NCBI GenBank assembly: GCA_041752695.1
Contig: JBGSVZ010000027.1
Location: forward strand, 80,119 to 144,118
Direction: 5' to 3'
DNA length: 64,000 bases
Source of the DNA: Terrimicrobiaceae bacterium
GTDB lineage: Bacteria; Verrucomicrobiota; Verrucomicrobiia; Chthoniobacterales; Terrimicrobiaceae
Positions 28,575 through 40,328 of this stretch are shown one piece after another. Made by a program: the position numbers and the translations under genes. A model generated the notes under the pieces. The model was not told the origin of the DNA. It did no database searches and saw only the letters and a program-made list of their open reading frames with translations. Position 1 is the stretch's first letter. Each line of letters opens with the position of its first letter.

Positions 28575-29326
28575 GCCGGCTCCGACCTGCGCTTCCAGCG
28601 GGAGCCGATCGCGACGCCGTATTGAAATTTCCGGGCATGTTCCCGGATCAGAAACGGGAGTTCTTTGGAGGTCTGGAACTCGAAATACGGATCCAGAATG
28701 GCACGTAGAGTTTCGAAGGACCGCGCGTCGTTGGCATCGCGTCCCCCGAGCCAGTTTTCGCGCGCGGTGAATTCTTCCAGCCAGGTGAACGGGGTGGTGA
28801 GCAAAAGCTGGCCGCCGGGTTTCACCAGGGAAGGCAGGCGGTCAAGAAATTGCCGGGGGTCGGTGAGCCGGCAGATCAAGTTCGCTGCGAGAACGACATC
28901 GAACTCCCCAAGGTCGGGGCGTAATGCCATCGCGTCGCCGGTTTCAAATGTCACACGACTCCGGTCGATGCCACCGGGGACCTCGGCCCGAAAGGGAGCC
29001 GTGACGATGCCCTCCACTGGGTAGGTTCCATCGAGCTGGCCGGCCATTTTCAACTCCTGCGCCACGGTGATAAAACGCGAGGAGAAATCAATCCCGATCA
29101 CCGAGGTGGCGTAGCGGGCAAGCTCAAACGAAGCGCGTCCCACCGCGCATCCGATATCGAGGGCTCGGGATTCTCGTCCCATCGGACCGATCAGATCGCC
29201 GACGCTCCGGCGGGGAAAATTGAGCCCTTCGCGGGGAGCTGGCACGCGGCCAAGAATTTCCTCCTCCGAGCCGTAATGGAAAAGAAGGTAATCGGAGACG
29301 AGTTTGTCAGTTTCGTAAGGATTCAT
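28571..29326 (-). CDS. Stand-alone OvoA C-terminal-like (mercaptohistidine N-methyltransferase-type) SAM methyltransferase
   Basis: NPYETDKLVSDYLLFHYG, RALDIGCAVGRASFEL, NLICRL, PFTWLEEFT, IREHARKFQ. Confidence 0.8.
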   Translation of the reverse strand: MNPYETDKLVSDYLLFHYGSEEEILGRVPAPREGLNFPRRSVGDLIGPMGRESRALDIGCAVGRASFELARYATSVIGIDFSSRFITVAQELKMAGQLDGTYPVEGIVTAPFRAEVPGGIDRSRVTFETGDAMALRPDLGEFDVVLAANLICRLTDPRQFLDRLPSLVKPGGQLLLTTPFTWLEEFTARENWLGGRDANDARSFETLRAILDPYFEFQTSKELPFLIREHARKFQYGVAIGSRWKRRSEPA

Positions 29327-29398
29327 GCGCGAGCCCTCCTTGTTTACCGGTTCGAATGGGGAGATTCAAGTGGCGCGCCGACAAATTCGGGCAGGTCA

Positions 29399-31282
<1,884 letters not shown>

Positions 31283-31347
31283 GAACAGGAGCGCATCTTA
31301 GCGGGTTTCGCCTTTCCCGCAATCCCCTCCGCCGTTGAGGAAAATCG

Positions 31348-32286
31348 CTACGCCGCCTTGCCGGAGGCGAGGAACCACTCGTAAGCGTGGCGGATGCCGT
31401 CGGGCAGCGAAATTTTTGGCTTCCAGCCCAAACCGAACATTTTGGACATGTCGAGGAGCTTGCGCGGCGTGCCGTCGGGTTTGGACGTGTCGAAGACCAA
31501 TTCTCCGTGGAACCCCACCGCGTCGCAAACCGTCTGGGCCACTTCGCGGATGGTCACGTCATCCCCACAGCCGATATTGACGATTTCGGGGGAGTCGTAG
31601 TTTTCCAGCAGGAAATAACAGGCGTCCGCCAGGTCATCGACATGCAGAAACTCGCGCCGCGGGGTTCCTGTGCCCCAGATGGGGATCGAGCTGTCGCCGC
31701 GCAGCTTGGCTTCGTGGGCCTTGCGGATCAGGGCGGGCAGGACGTGAGAGGTGTGCAGGTCGAAGTTGTCGTGCGGGCCGTAAAGATTGGTCGGCATGCC
31801 GGAGAGGAAGTTTTTCCCCTGTTCCGCAGCATAGGCCTGGCAGAGTTTGATTCCGGCGATCTTGGCAAGGGCGTAGGCGTCGTTGGTGGGTTCGAGGGCA
31901 CCGGTCAGGAGCGCGCTCTCCGGAATGGGCTGCGGAGCGAATTTCGGGTAAATGCAGGAACTGCCGAGGAAGAGAAATTTCCGCGTGCCGAAGTCCGCCG
32001 CGGCTTCAATGAGGTTGTTTTGGATGCTCGTATTCTGCAGGAGGAACGCCACCTTCTGTTCGGAATTCGCCACGATTCCCCCGACTTTGGCGGCGGCATC
32101 GACGACCAGGGCAGGGCGCTCGGTTGCAAAAAACGCCCGCACGGCGGCACGGTCCAGCAGGTCGACTTCGGCGCGGGTGCGCGTGAGGATGTTGGTAAAT
32201 CCCTCGGCCTGCAACTTGCGCACCACCGCGCTTCCCACCATGCCCCGGTGGCCGGCCACGTAAATCGTCTCGTTTTTGTCCATCAC
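31348..32286 (-). CDS. fcl: GDP-L-fucose synthase
   Basis: [48 protein letters not shown]. Confidence 0.95.
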   Translation of the reverse strand: MMDKNETIYVAGHRGMVGSAVVRKLQAEGFTNILTRTRAEVDLLDRAAVRAFFATERPALVVDAAAKVGGIVANSEQKVAFLLQNTSIQNNLIEAAADFGTRKFLFLGSSCIYPKFAPQPIPESALLTGALEPTNDAYALAKIAGIKLCQAYAAEQGKNFLSGMPTNLYGPHDNFDLHTSHVLPALIRKAHEAKLRGDSSIPIWGTGTPRREFLHVDDLADACYFLLENYDSPEIVNIGCGDDVTIREVAQTVCDAVGFHGELVFDTSKPDGTPRKLLDMSKMFGLGWKPKISLPDGIRHAYEWFLASGKAA

Positions 32287-32318
32287 TTCCCCTACCTAGG
32301 TACCAAGCCATTTCCATC

Positions 32319-33446
32319 GTGCAAACAACTTCCCGCGCCCTCCTCATCGTCCTCGACAGCGTGGGTGTCGGCCACGCGCCTGACGCCACAGACTACGGCG
32401 ACGCCGGAGCCAACACGCTGGGACATATTCTGGAACGCCGTCCCGGAATCCGCCTCCCCCATCTCGACTCCCTCGGACTTCGCCTGGCCCTCGACCTCGC
32501 GGCGGGCGGCCCCGGGGGGCTGCCCGAACGCGGCGCGGTGGGCGTGATGACCGAACTTTCGGCGGGCAAGGACACCACCACCGGACACTGGGAAATCGCC
32601 GGCGCTGTGCTGGAAAAACCGTTTGCGGTCTTTGAAAAATTTCCGCCCGAGCTGGTCTTGGCCATCGAGCGCGAATCCGGGGTCACATTCCTCGGCAACA
32701 AAGCCGCCAGCGGCACCGCCATCCTCGACGAACTCGGCGCGGAGCATGTCGCGACGGGCCGGCCGATTTTGTACACGTCCGCCGACTCCGTCCTCCAGAT
32801 CGCGGCGCACGAAGAGGTCTTTCCCCTCGAAAAACTTTACGCTCTTTGCCAGATCGCGCGGCACGTCTGTGACGACTATGCCATCGGTCGGGTCATTGCC
32901 CGACCGTTTGTCGGCGAAGCGGGAGGATTTCGACGCACCGCCAACCGTCACGACTACTCGCTCGTTCCTCCGCGCACCGTGCTCAACGACCTGCAGGACG
33001 CCGGAATTCCGGTGCGGGGCGTGGGAAAAATCTCCGACATCTTTGCCGGGAGCGGCATTTCCGAGTCTCATCCGACGATCTCCAACGCCCACGGCATGGA
33101 AGCCCTTTCCAGGCTCTGGGAAAGTGGCGCGCACGGGCTGATCTTTGCCAACCTGGTGGATTTTGACATGCTCTTCGGCCATCGTCGCGACATGGACGGA
33201 TACGCGGCGGCGCTCGAGGAATTTGACCTCTGGCTGGGAAATTTTTTCCCCCGAATTGGCGCGAACGACCTCGTCCTGATCACCGCGGATCACGGCAACG
33301 ACCCCACCTGGCGAGGGACGGACCACACCCGGGAGCGGGTGCCGGTGTTTCTCCTGCAGGACGGACGGACGGAAAACCTGGGCGTGCGGCCGGGATTCCA
33401 CTTCATCGCCGAAACCCTCCGGGTTGCATTCGGACTGGCGGCTTGA
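32319..33446 (+). CDS. deoB: Phosphopentomutase
   Basis: IVLDSVG, GKDTTTGHWE, YTSADS, NLVDFD...GHRRD, TADHGNDP, DHTRE. Confidence 0.95.
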   Translation: MQTTSRALLIVLDSVGVGHAPDATDYGDAGANTLGHILERRPGIRLPHLDSLGLRLALDLAAGGPGGLPERGAVGVMTELSAGKDTTTGHWEIAGAVLEKPFAVFEKFPPELVLAIERESGVTFLGNKAASGTAILDELGAEHVATGRPILYTSADSVLQIAAHEEVFPLEKLYALCQIARHVCDDYAIGRVIARPFVGEAGGFRRTANRHDYSLVPPRTVLNDLQDAGIPVRGVGKISDIFAGSGISESHPTISNAHGMEALSRLWESGAHGLIFANLVDFDMLFGHRRDMDGYAAALEEFDLWLGNFFPRIGANDLVLITADHGNDPTWRGTDHTRERVPVFLLQDGRTENLGVRPGFHFIAETLRVAFGLAA

Positions 33447-33477
33447 TTTTTGCCGTCCGCAGGCTCATACCCGCAGC

Positions 33478-34383
33478 ATGAAACGGCTCCTGGTTTTCTT
33501 TTGTTGCGCCTGCTCGGTTCTGCGCGCACAGGAGGCACTGACGCTGGAGACGATAGCGGCCGAGCCGAAAATTTGGCCCGTCGAAGTGATGGTGACGGTG
33601 GATCACAAGCTGCCGGTGATCATCGACGGCAAGGTGAGGAAAACCCTCAAGATCGATCCGGGCACCATGTACAAGGTGAAATCGATCAGCGCCGCCGGGG
33701 TGACGGTCTATGCCTTGGGTGGCCCCAGGATCTTCAAGGCGATCGAGACGGATGTGATCGCGCGCGCCGAACAAAACCAGGCCCGGCTTACGGCCCCTGC
33801 CGAGCTTCCGCTCTCCCCGGCGCTGAATGGCCCGACCAGCTTGTCTTCTCCTGCCCCCCTCCTGAAGTCACCTCCCGATGCCGGCGGCCCGCTGGTCGCA
33901 GACACCGCCCTTCCTTCCCCTGTCCCAGGCACCCTGGCGGCAAAACTTCAGGGTCAACTCGTCACTCTGATCGGCGGCCGGCTCGAACCGTTCGACGCGG
34001 CCCGGCTGGGCGGGAAAAAATACCTCGCCGTCTATTTCTCGGCCTCCTGGTGCGGACCCTGCCGGGATTTCACTCCCAGTTTGGTCGACTGGTATGAAAA
34101 GCGCCGGGCGGATCGCGATAAATTCGACATCATTTTTGTCAGCTCCGACCAGGACGAAAAATCCATGGCGGGCTATATGGTTGAGGATGGCATGCCGTGG
34201 CCGGCGGTGAATTTTTCCAAGGCACGTTCCAATATTTTTTCCAAATATAGCGGACGAGGGATTCCGAATCTGGTGATCCTCAACGAATATGGCGTCATTC
34301 TTTCCCGCAGTTTCGACGGTGAAAATTATCTGGGTCCCGCCAAACCCCTGAAGGACTTGGATCGGCTGCTGTCGACGAACTAG
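33478..34383 (+). CDS. Secreted thioredoxin-fold oxidoreductase (nucleoredoxin/tryparedoxin-like)
   Basis: Signal peptide, Pro-rich linker, YFSASWCGPCRDFTP, VSSD, GIP. Confidence 0.85.
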   Translation: MKRLLVFFCCACSVLRAQEALTLETIAAEPKIWPVEVMVTVDHKLPVIIDGKVRKTLKIDPGTMYKVKSISAAGVTVYALGGPRIFKAIETDVIARAEQNQARLTAPAELPLSPALNGPTSLSSPAPLLKSPPDAGGPLVADTALPSPVPGTLAAKLQGQLVTLIGGRLEPFDAARLGGKKYLAVYFSASWCGPCRDFTPSLVDWYEKRRADRDKFDIIFVSSDQDEKSMAGYMVEDGMPWPAVNFSKARSNIFSKYSGRGIPNLVILNEYGVILSRSFDGENYLGPAKPLKDLDRLLSTN

Positions 34384-34531
34384 AGCCGGTTGGCTCTGGA
34401 AACTCGGGCCAGCCTAGCACTCGCAGCCGGCCGCTGGAAAATCCCTCCCAGCGGCACCATGCCCGCCTCCGGAAACGCCCCTCCGTTCGCTCGCTCAGGT
34501 TTCCCCCCTCCCACGCGAAGAGTGGGGCGTT

Positions 34532-34569
34532 GTTACAATAAATGTCGCAGGTGGGACATTTATTGTAAC
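34532..34569. repeat. AT-rich perfect 15-bp inverted repeat between convergent genes
   Basis: GTTACAATAAATGTC-N8-GACATTTATTGTAAC. Confidence 0.7.
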
Positions 34570-34690
34570 CAGATAAAACACGACGCCGGGGTGGAGGATG
34601 GACTCTTGGTCGGCAGCTCGGAGGTTCCCGCCGCGCCAGGAGCGAGAGGTTTGTTGGGCTGCAAGGGGCGGAGGGATCTTCAGAAGTTGC

Positions 34691-35410
34691 TCAGGGTTTC
34701 CGGGGTTTCCGGCCCAGCCATTTCGCGCGTTCGTCGGGAGGAAGCTTTTCGATGGCATAACGCAGCGCTGTGCGGGGCATCGTCGCAGCGTGCCGGGTGA
34801 GGAATTCGCGCATGGCGTGGACATCCCGTTTTCCCGTCTCCCGCAGCATCCAGCCCACGGCCTTGTGGATGAGATCGTGAGGGTCGTCCACCAGCAGCTC
34901 CGCGACATTCAAAGCGGGGGGGAGATTGCCGGCCCGGATGAAAGTGAAGGTCGCGAGCATGGCGATGCGGCGCTCCCAGAGGTCGCGCGACCTCGCGAGT
35001 TTGGGGAGGAGCTTCCGTTCCGCTGGATGTTCGAGCAGCCACCCGCCCACAATCTGCGGCGCGGAGCTGTCCACCAGATCCCAATTGTTGATGAAGGACG
35101 TGTTCGCGAGGTAATCGCAATGGATTTTCCGCCGGTCGTTCTTGTCTCCCCGGGAAAAGCGTCGCACCCAGATCAGCAGGGCGAGCAGGCGTTCTTCGTG
35201 AAAGGGAGACCGGACAAGACAGCGCACATTGGCCTCGCTGAGGCTATCGGACAAGGGAACCAGACGGCGGATCGCAGGCACTCGCACACCGAGCATTTTG
35301 TCACCTTCGGCGTAGTCCCCGGGCCCGGTTTTGAAAAACCGTTTGAGGAATTCGGCATCGCCCGGACGCGCGGCGGCGCGCAGGGATTTTTTCAGGGCGG
35401 AAACCGTCAT
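34691..35410 (-). CDS. DNA alkylation repair protein (AlkD-like HEAT-repeat glycosylase family)
   Basis: FFKTGPGDYAEGD..GVRVP, NNWDLVDSSA, WERRIA, HKAVGWMLRE, PRTALRYAIE. Confidence 0.9.
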   Translation of the reverse strand: MTVSALKKSLRAAARPGDAEFLKRFFKTGPGDYAEGDKMLGVRVPAIRRLVPLSDSLSEANVRCLVRSPFHEERLLALLIWVRRFSRGDKNDRRKIHCDYLANTSFINNWDLVDSSAPQIVGGWLLEHPAERKLLPKLARSRDLWERRIAMLATFTFIRAGNLPPALNVAELLVDDPHDLIHKAVGWMLRETGKRDVHAMREFLTRHAATMPRTALRYAIEKLPPDERAKWLGRKPRKP

Positions 35411-35454
35411 GAAAATGTCTTCATTCGCCGCGCGGGACAAAGCAAGATGTTGTC

Positions 35455-36687
35455 ATGCATGTCCCGCAACTCATCGAGCGCAAACGCGACGGCGGCGCAC
35501 TCACGACGGAGGAGATTCAACAGGTGATCACGGATTTTTCCGCGGGGACGATGCCGGAATATCAGATGAGCGCGCTGGCCATGGCGATTTTTTTCCGCGG
35601 GATGTCTGATGCGGAAACCGCGGCGTTGACCGCCGCCATGCGGGACAGCGGCCGCTCCTTTTCGTGGCCGGCGGGCTCTCCGCCCAAGGTGGATAAACAT
35701 TCTACCGGCGGCATAGGCGACAAGGTTTCGCTCGTGCTGGCTCCGCTGCTGGCGTGTGACGGTCTCTGGGTGCCCATGGTGTCCGGCCGCGGACTTGGCA
35801 TCACCGGCGGCACACTGGACAAGCTCGAAAGCATCCCGGGTTTTGATGTTCACCTCGACGAAGCCCGGTGCCTGCATCAGATCGAAAAAATCGGCGTTTT
35901 TATGGCCGGACAGACCGCCGATTTTTGTCCGGCGGATAAAAAGCTTTATGCCCTGCGCGATGTCACCGGCACCGTGCCCTCGCGCCAACTGATCATTGCC
36001 AGCATCATGGCGAAAAAACTCGCCGAGTCCCTCGACCGGCTGGTGCTCGATGTGAAGTTTGGCTCCGGGGCCTTCATGAAAACCCGCGAGCAGGCGCTGC
36101 AACTGGCTGAGGGCCTGCAGGCCGCCGGTCGTGACAATGGGGTGGAGACCTTTTTTCTCCTTTCGCCCATGGAGGAACCGCTCGGCTGCACGGTAGGCAA
36201 TGCGCTGGAGGTGGCCGAGGCGGTGGAAACGCTGCAGGGCGGCGGTCCGCCCGACTTCGTGGATCTCACCCTGGATCTCTGCGAACGCGTGGGAAATTCC
36301 CCGCGCCCGAAGCTTCTCCAATGGTTGAAAGACGGCACCGCCTGGCGGAAGTTTGTCGAGCTCACCGAGGCCCAGGGCGGCGAGGCGTCGGCTTTGGAAA
36401 AGATCACGGCCGTCCATCGAGCGCCTGTTATCGAACCCCTGCCCGCGCCCCGCGACGGCACGATCACCCGTATTGATGCCGGTGCGCTTGGCGCGACCAG
36501 TGTCCGCCTGGGAGCGGGACGAAAGATGGGCTCGGACACGATTGATTTCGCGGTGGGATTCAGCGGAATTCGCAAATGTGGCGACCGGGTTTCCGCCGGC
36601 GATCCTCTGCTGCTGACCCACGCGCGCTCCGCCGCATCGCTGGCGGCATTACGCGAAATGATTTCCGACGCTTTTGTGATCGAGTAG
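35455..36687 (+). CDS. pdp: Pyrimidine-nucleoside/thymidine phosphorylase
   Basis: DKHSTGGIGDK, SGRGLGITGGTLDKLE, LYALRDVT, DVKFGSGAFMK. Confidence 0.93.
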   Translation: MHVPQLIERKRDGGALTTEEIQQVITDFSAGTMPEYQMSALAMAIFFRGMSDAETAALTAAMRDSGRSFSWPAGSPPKVDKHSTGGIGDKVSLVLAPLLACDGLWVPMVSGRGLGITGGTLDKLESIPGFDVHLDEARCLHQIEKIGVFMAGQTADFCPADKKLYALRDVTGTVPSRQLIIASIMAKKLAESLDRLVLDVKFGSGAFMKTREQALQLAEGLQAAGRDNGVETFFLLSPMEEPLGCTVGNALEVAEAVETLQGGGPPDFVDLTLDLCERVGNSPRPKLLQWLKDGTAWRKFVELTEAQGGEASALEKITAVHRAPVIEPLPAPRDGTITRIDAGALGATSVRLGAGRKMGSDTIDFAVGFSGIRKCGDRVSAGDPLLLTHARSAASLAALREMISDAFVIE

Positions 36688-36688
36688 G

Positions 36689-39600
36689 ATGTCGGGCCGC
36701 CCTCCACTTCTCGATGCTCTGGCTTCGCTGAAGCCGAACATGATTTACACCATGGCTCCGCCCAAGGCGATCGCCTCGGCCGCGAATGCGTTTTCCCAAG
36801 GCGCAGTGGGCGCTTTTCGCTGGGGCAGTAGCGGGCTGCTGCTCGAGGCCGTGATGGGCGTGGATGACGAGGCGCCGGCCGTGCGGTTCACCTGCCCAGC
36901 CGGCGAGCTGCAAAGCGTCTGCGACTGCGGTGGGACCGGGGCGTGCCGACATGTGTTGAGCGCGGCCATGACGATTGCCCGGGTGCTGCACAACGCGAAA
37001 TTTCACCTCACGGATCTCCCGGCCGTGACCATTGCCAAATTTCGCCACCAGCTCCGTTTGGACGAGCCGGAAGCAGCCCGCGCGCGGGTGATCTTTTCCC
37101 GGCCGGTCGGTGGAGGAGTTTTTGAGATCGACTACGATTCCGGTCGCCGCGAGGCGTCCTGGCGTGTCACCGATCCGCCTGTGGGAATGGAGTGGCTGCG
37201 CTGGCAGGAAAAACAGCCCGGGCGTGTAGCCGAGGGGTTTTGTGACTGGCTGAAAACCCATCCGCCCGCCGAGATCGAGGTCCAGGCGGAGATCACCCGG
37301 ATCGTGCCCAAACCCACCGCGCGGACCCAGCGCGGACGAACCGGACTATCCGTTGCCGGGGACGTGGTGGAAATCCGGCGCGAGGTGCTGGACGACGACG
37401 GCGCCCCTGCAGGGGAGTTTGTCGACTTGGGCCACGGGCTCGTCCTGTTGCCGGAAAAAAGCGCCTTTGTGCGGATTTATCCGCCCGAGGGGTGGCGGGA
37501 GTTTACGAGGTTGGGAAACAAAAACCTGACGGTCGGCGAGTTTAATTCCGGCCGATTTATCCGTCCCGGCGGTCCTGTCGCTCTGCTGGATCGGGCGGGA
37601 CAACCTGCGGACCCACGGCCGGCAAGCGCCCGACCCTCCATCCACGTGCAGACAGGTGACGGGGCGGTTTTTGTGGCGCTGCGGACGCGGGACGGCAGCG
37701 AACTGCCCATCCACGGGGCCCTGGCAAAAACGCTCTCCGGGCTCTTCGAGGACGGCCCTTTTGCCCTCCTGGTAATAAGTCCCGGGCGGCGCCGCAAACT
37801 GGCTGAAACGCTCATCCGCGCCCTGCCGTTGCGGGAGAGTGACGGAGACGCCCTGATCGACGAAGCGGCCCTCGATCCCGCCTTTGTCAGCCTGGCCATG
37901 CACGGCGATGACGCCAAAAAATGCCTTCGCCATTTGCTGGCGAGGGTGCGGGAACTTAACGAAGATCATCTCCTTGCCGACCCGGCGATTGGGGAGAATC
38001 CTTGGCTGTGCTGCGGCGGGGCCGGCGACGCCCTCGGGCTGGCCATGGCGGCTTTGGCGGGCGCGTTCCCGGAAGCCGACATTCTCCGCTCGCGGGACTT
38101 GGTGGTCACCCTCCCGCCAGCTGATTTTGCCACCGGTCTTCGTCGTCTGGCGGCCGCTTGCGAAAATCGGGGCGTCGAATTGCGGGTCGATGAAGGTGCG
38201 GTGACGGTGGGTCAGCTGGCCATCAGCGTGCGCGCGGCGCGCAGTGATGTGCTCGACTGGTTCGAATTGCACCCGGAGGCCCGCGCGGGCGCGCTGACTA
38301 TCCCCCGGAATCTGTGGGAGGAAATTCTTCGCACCGGACGCTACCGCGCGGAGGACGACACGCTGATCGCGCTCGACGAGGCTTCGCTCTCGCTGCTCCA
38401 GCGCATTTCCACCATGCTGGCACCTGGCGAAACCCGCCTGCCGCGCCTCGCCCTTTTCGACTGGCTGGCCCTGCGCGCTGAAGGGCTGGCCTGCGATCTT
38501 CCGCCGGAGGATGAAGCCATTTTGCAATCCCTGCAAACCCTGCAGGGCATCCCGTCCTGTCCTCTTCCCAAGGGTCTTCACGCCGAGCTGCGCGAATATC
38601 AGCACCATGGTTATGACTGGCTGTGTTTTCTCTACCGTCACCGCTTTGGCGCCTGCCTTGCGGATGACATGGGCCTTGGCAAAACCCTTCAGACCATCGC
38701 CCTGCTGGCCGCGCTCAAGGAAGGCCTCCTTCCCCGCCAATCTGCCGCTCCGCATTTGCTCATCCTCCCGCCCACCCTGCTCTTCAACTGGCAGTCCGAG
38801 ATGGCGCGTTTTGCCCCGGGCTTGAACATTCACGAATACACCGGTCAGGGCCGGTCGGCAGATTTTGCCGGAGCGGACATCGTGATGACGACCTACGAAC
38901 TCGCCCGCCGCGACATGGAAATGCTGGCCGCGCGCGAGTTCGACGTTGCCATTTTCGACGAGGCCCAGGCGGTGAAAAATTTTGCTGCGGCGCGCACTCA
39001 AGCCATCAGGCAGTTGCGGCCGCGCTTCCGTCTCTGCCTCACCGGGACGCCGCTGGAAAATCATGTCGGCGAGTTTCACAGCATCATGGAAACCGCCGTG
39101 CCGGGACTTTTCGGCGATCGCCGCCAGTTCCTTCGTGAGTATGAAGAAGGCATTCCGGTGCTCCAAAGGGCGCGGCCTTTTCTTCTCCGCCGCACCAAGG
39201 AAAAGATCCTCGCCGAGCTTCCACCCAAGATCGAATCCGACCTCTTTTTCCCGCTCAGTCCCTCTCAGAAAGAATTTTACACCCGTGCTGTGGGCGACGT
39301 TCGGCGTGAAGTCCTGGCCGCGTATGAAGGCCGCCCGGCTCAGCAGGCCGGCATCATGGCGCTCGCCGCCCTCACCCGGCTGCGCCAGATCTGCATCTCA
39401 CCGGCTTTGCTTTCCCAAGACCTGGAAACCGACTCCCCGAAAATCGAACACCTCGTCACCCAGCTCGCCGAGCTTGCCGAGGAGGGTCATGCCGCGTTGA
39501 TCTTTTCCCAGTTCGTCAAAGCGCTCGACCTTGTCGGCACCGCGCTTGATGTCGCCGGACTTGCTCATCTGCGCCTCGACGGCTCCACCCCCACTGCCAA

Positions 39601-39961
39601 ACGCAAGGATCTTGTCGCGACGTTTCAGTCCGGCGAGTCGCCCGGTATCTTTCTCATCAGCCTCAAGACCGGTGGCGCGGGCCTCAACCTCACCCGCGCG
39701 AGTTATGTGTATCACCTCGACCCTTGGTGGAACCCGGCCGTCGAACGCCAGGCCGGCGACCGCGCCCACCGCATCGGCCAGAAAAACAGCGTCTATGTGC
39801 AGCGCCTCCTCATGCGCCACACCGTGGAGGAAAAAATGATGGCGCTGAAAGACCGCAAAAAAGCCCTCTTCACCGCCATCATCGACCAGGGCGAAGCCGC
39901 CGCCCCCACCGGGGCCGCCGGGCTGACGGCGGAGGATTTTCAGTTTCTTGTGACGGAGTAG
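36689..39961 (+). CDS. SWIM zinc finger + SNF2-family helicase/ATPase
   Basis: CDC...CRH SWIM motif; LADDMGLGKT, DEAQ, TGTPLEN, GLNLT, WWNP...DRAHRIGQ. Confidence 0.93.
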   Translation: MSGRPPLLDALASLKPNMIYTMAPPKAIASAANAFSQGAVGAFRWGSSGLLLEAVMGVDDEAPAVRFTCPAGELQSVCDCGGTGACRHVLSAAMTIARVLHNAKFHLTDLPAVTIAKFRHQLRLDEPEAARARVIFSRPVGGGVFEIDYDSGRREASWRVTDPPVGMEWLRWQEKQPGRVAEGFCDWLKTHPPAEIEVQAEITRIVPKPTARTQRGRTGLSVAGDVVEIRREVLDDDGAPAGEFVDLGHGLVLLPEKSAFVRIYPPEGWREFTRLGNKNLTVGEFNSGRFIRPGGPVALLDRAGQPADPRPASARPSIHVQTGDGAVFVALRTRDGSELPIHGALAKTLSGLFEDGPFALLVISPGRRRKLAETLIRALPLRESDGDALIDEAALDPAFVSLAMHGDDAKKCLRHLLARVRELNEDHLLADPAIGENPWLCCGGAGDALGLAMAALAGAFPEADILRSRDLVVTLPPADFATGLRRLAAACENRGVELRVDEGAVTVGQLAISVRAARSDVLDWFELHPEARAGALTIPRNLWEEILRTGRYRAEDDTLIALDEASLSLLQRISTMLAPGETRLPRLALFDWLALRAEGLACDLPPEDEAILQSLQTLQGIPSCPLPKGLHAELREYQHHGYDWLCFLYRHRFGACLADDMGLGKTLQTIALLAALKEGLLPRQSAAPHLLILPPTLLFNWQSEMARFAPGLNIHEYTGQGRSADFAGADIVMTTYELARRDMEMLAAREFDVAIFDEAQAVKNFAAARTQAIRQLRPRFRLCLTGTPLENHVGEFHSIMETAVPGLFGDRRQFLREYEEGIPVLQRARPFLLRRTKEKILAELPPKIESDLFFPLSPSQKEFYTRAVGDVRREVLAAYEGRPAQQAGIMALAALTRLRQICISPALLSQDLETDSPKIEHLVTQLAELAEEGHAALIFSQFVKALDLVGTALDVAGLAHLRLDGSTPTAKRKDLVATFQSGESPGIFLISLKTGGAGLNLTRASYVYHLDPWWNPAVERQAGDRAHRIGQKNSVYVQRLLMRHTVEEKMMALKDRKKALFTAIIDQGEAAAPTGAAGLTAEDFQFLVTE

Positions 39962-40328
39962 AGACCCTGTCGGAGGGGATCACCATCCGCAGCCAGAGCA
40001 CGGGATGCGTGTCCGATAAACCCCTTACAGGCTCGAGGCCCAGGAATCTTCCTGCGTCGTCGGTCCGTTAACCTCGTCTTCCGGGCGGACTACCATGCAG
40101 CTATCAAGCAGCCGTGCAGAGGAGAATTCATAGTCAGCCGCATTTCGCCCTCACGGGATTTGATGGTCACCATCTGCCCGGAAAAAACCACCCGGCGCAC
40201 TCGGGGAAACTCGCTGCGCAACTCTGCAGCTGTCGCTTCCATACCCTTTTTGTGCTTGAAAGTTACTTTGTTTGATCTGGATTGGCAAATGAGGTGTACG
40301 ATTTGGCCTGCTATCGGGTGGATAGCCC

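Noticed and set aside
37346..39166. 606-aa minus-strand ORF
   Set aside because: Shadow of the SNF2 helicase.
39962..40328. tRNA or att site at the island's left junction
   Set aside because: No tRNA cloverleaf or direct repeat shared with the right junction was visible by eye.
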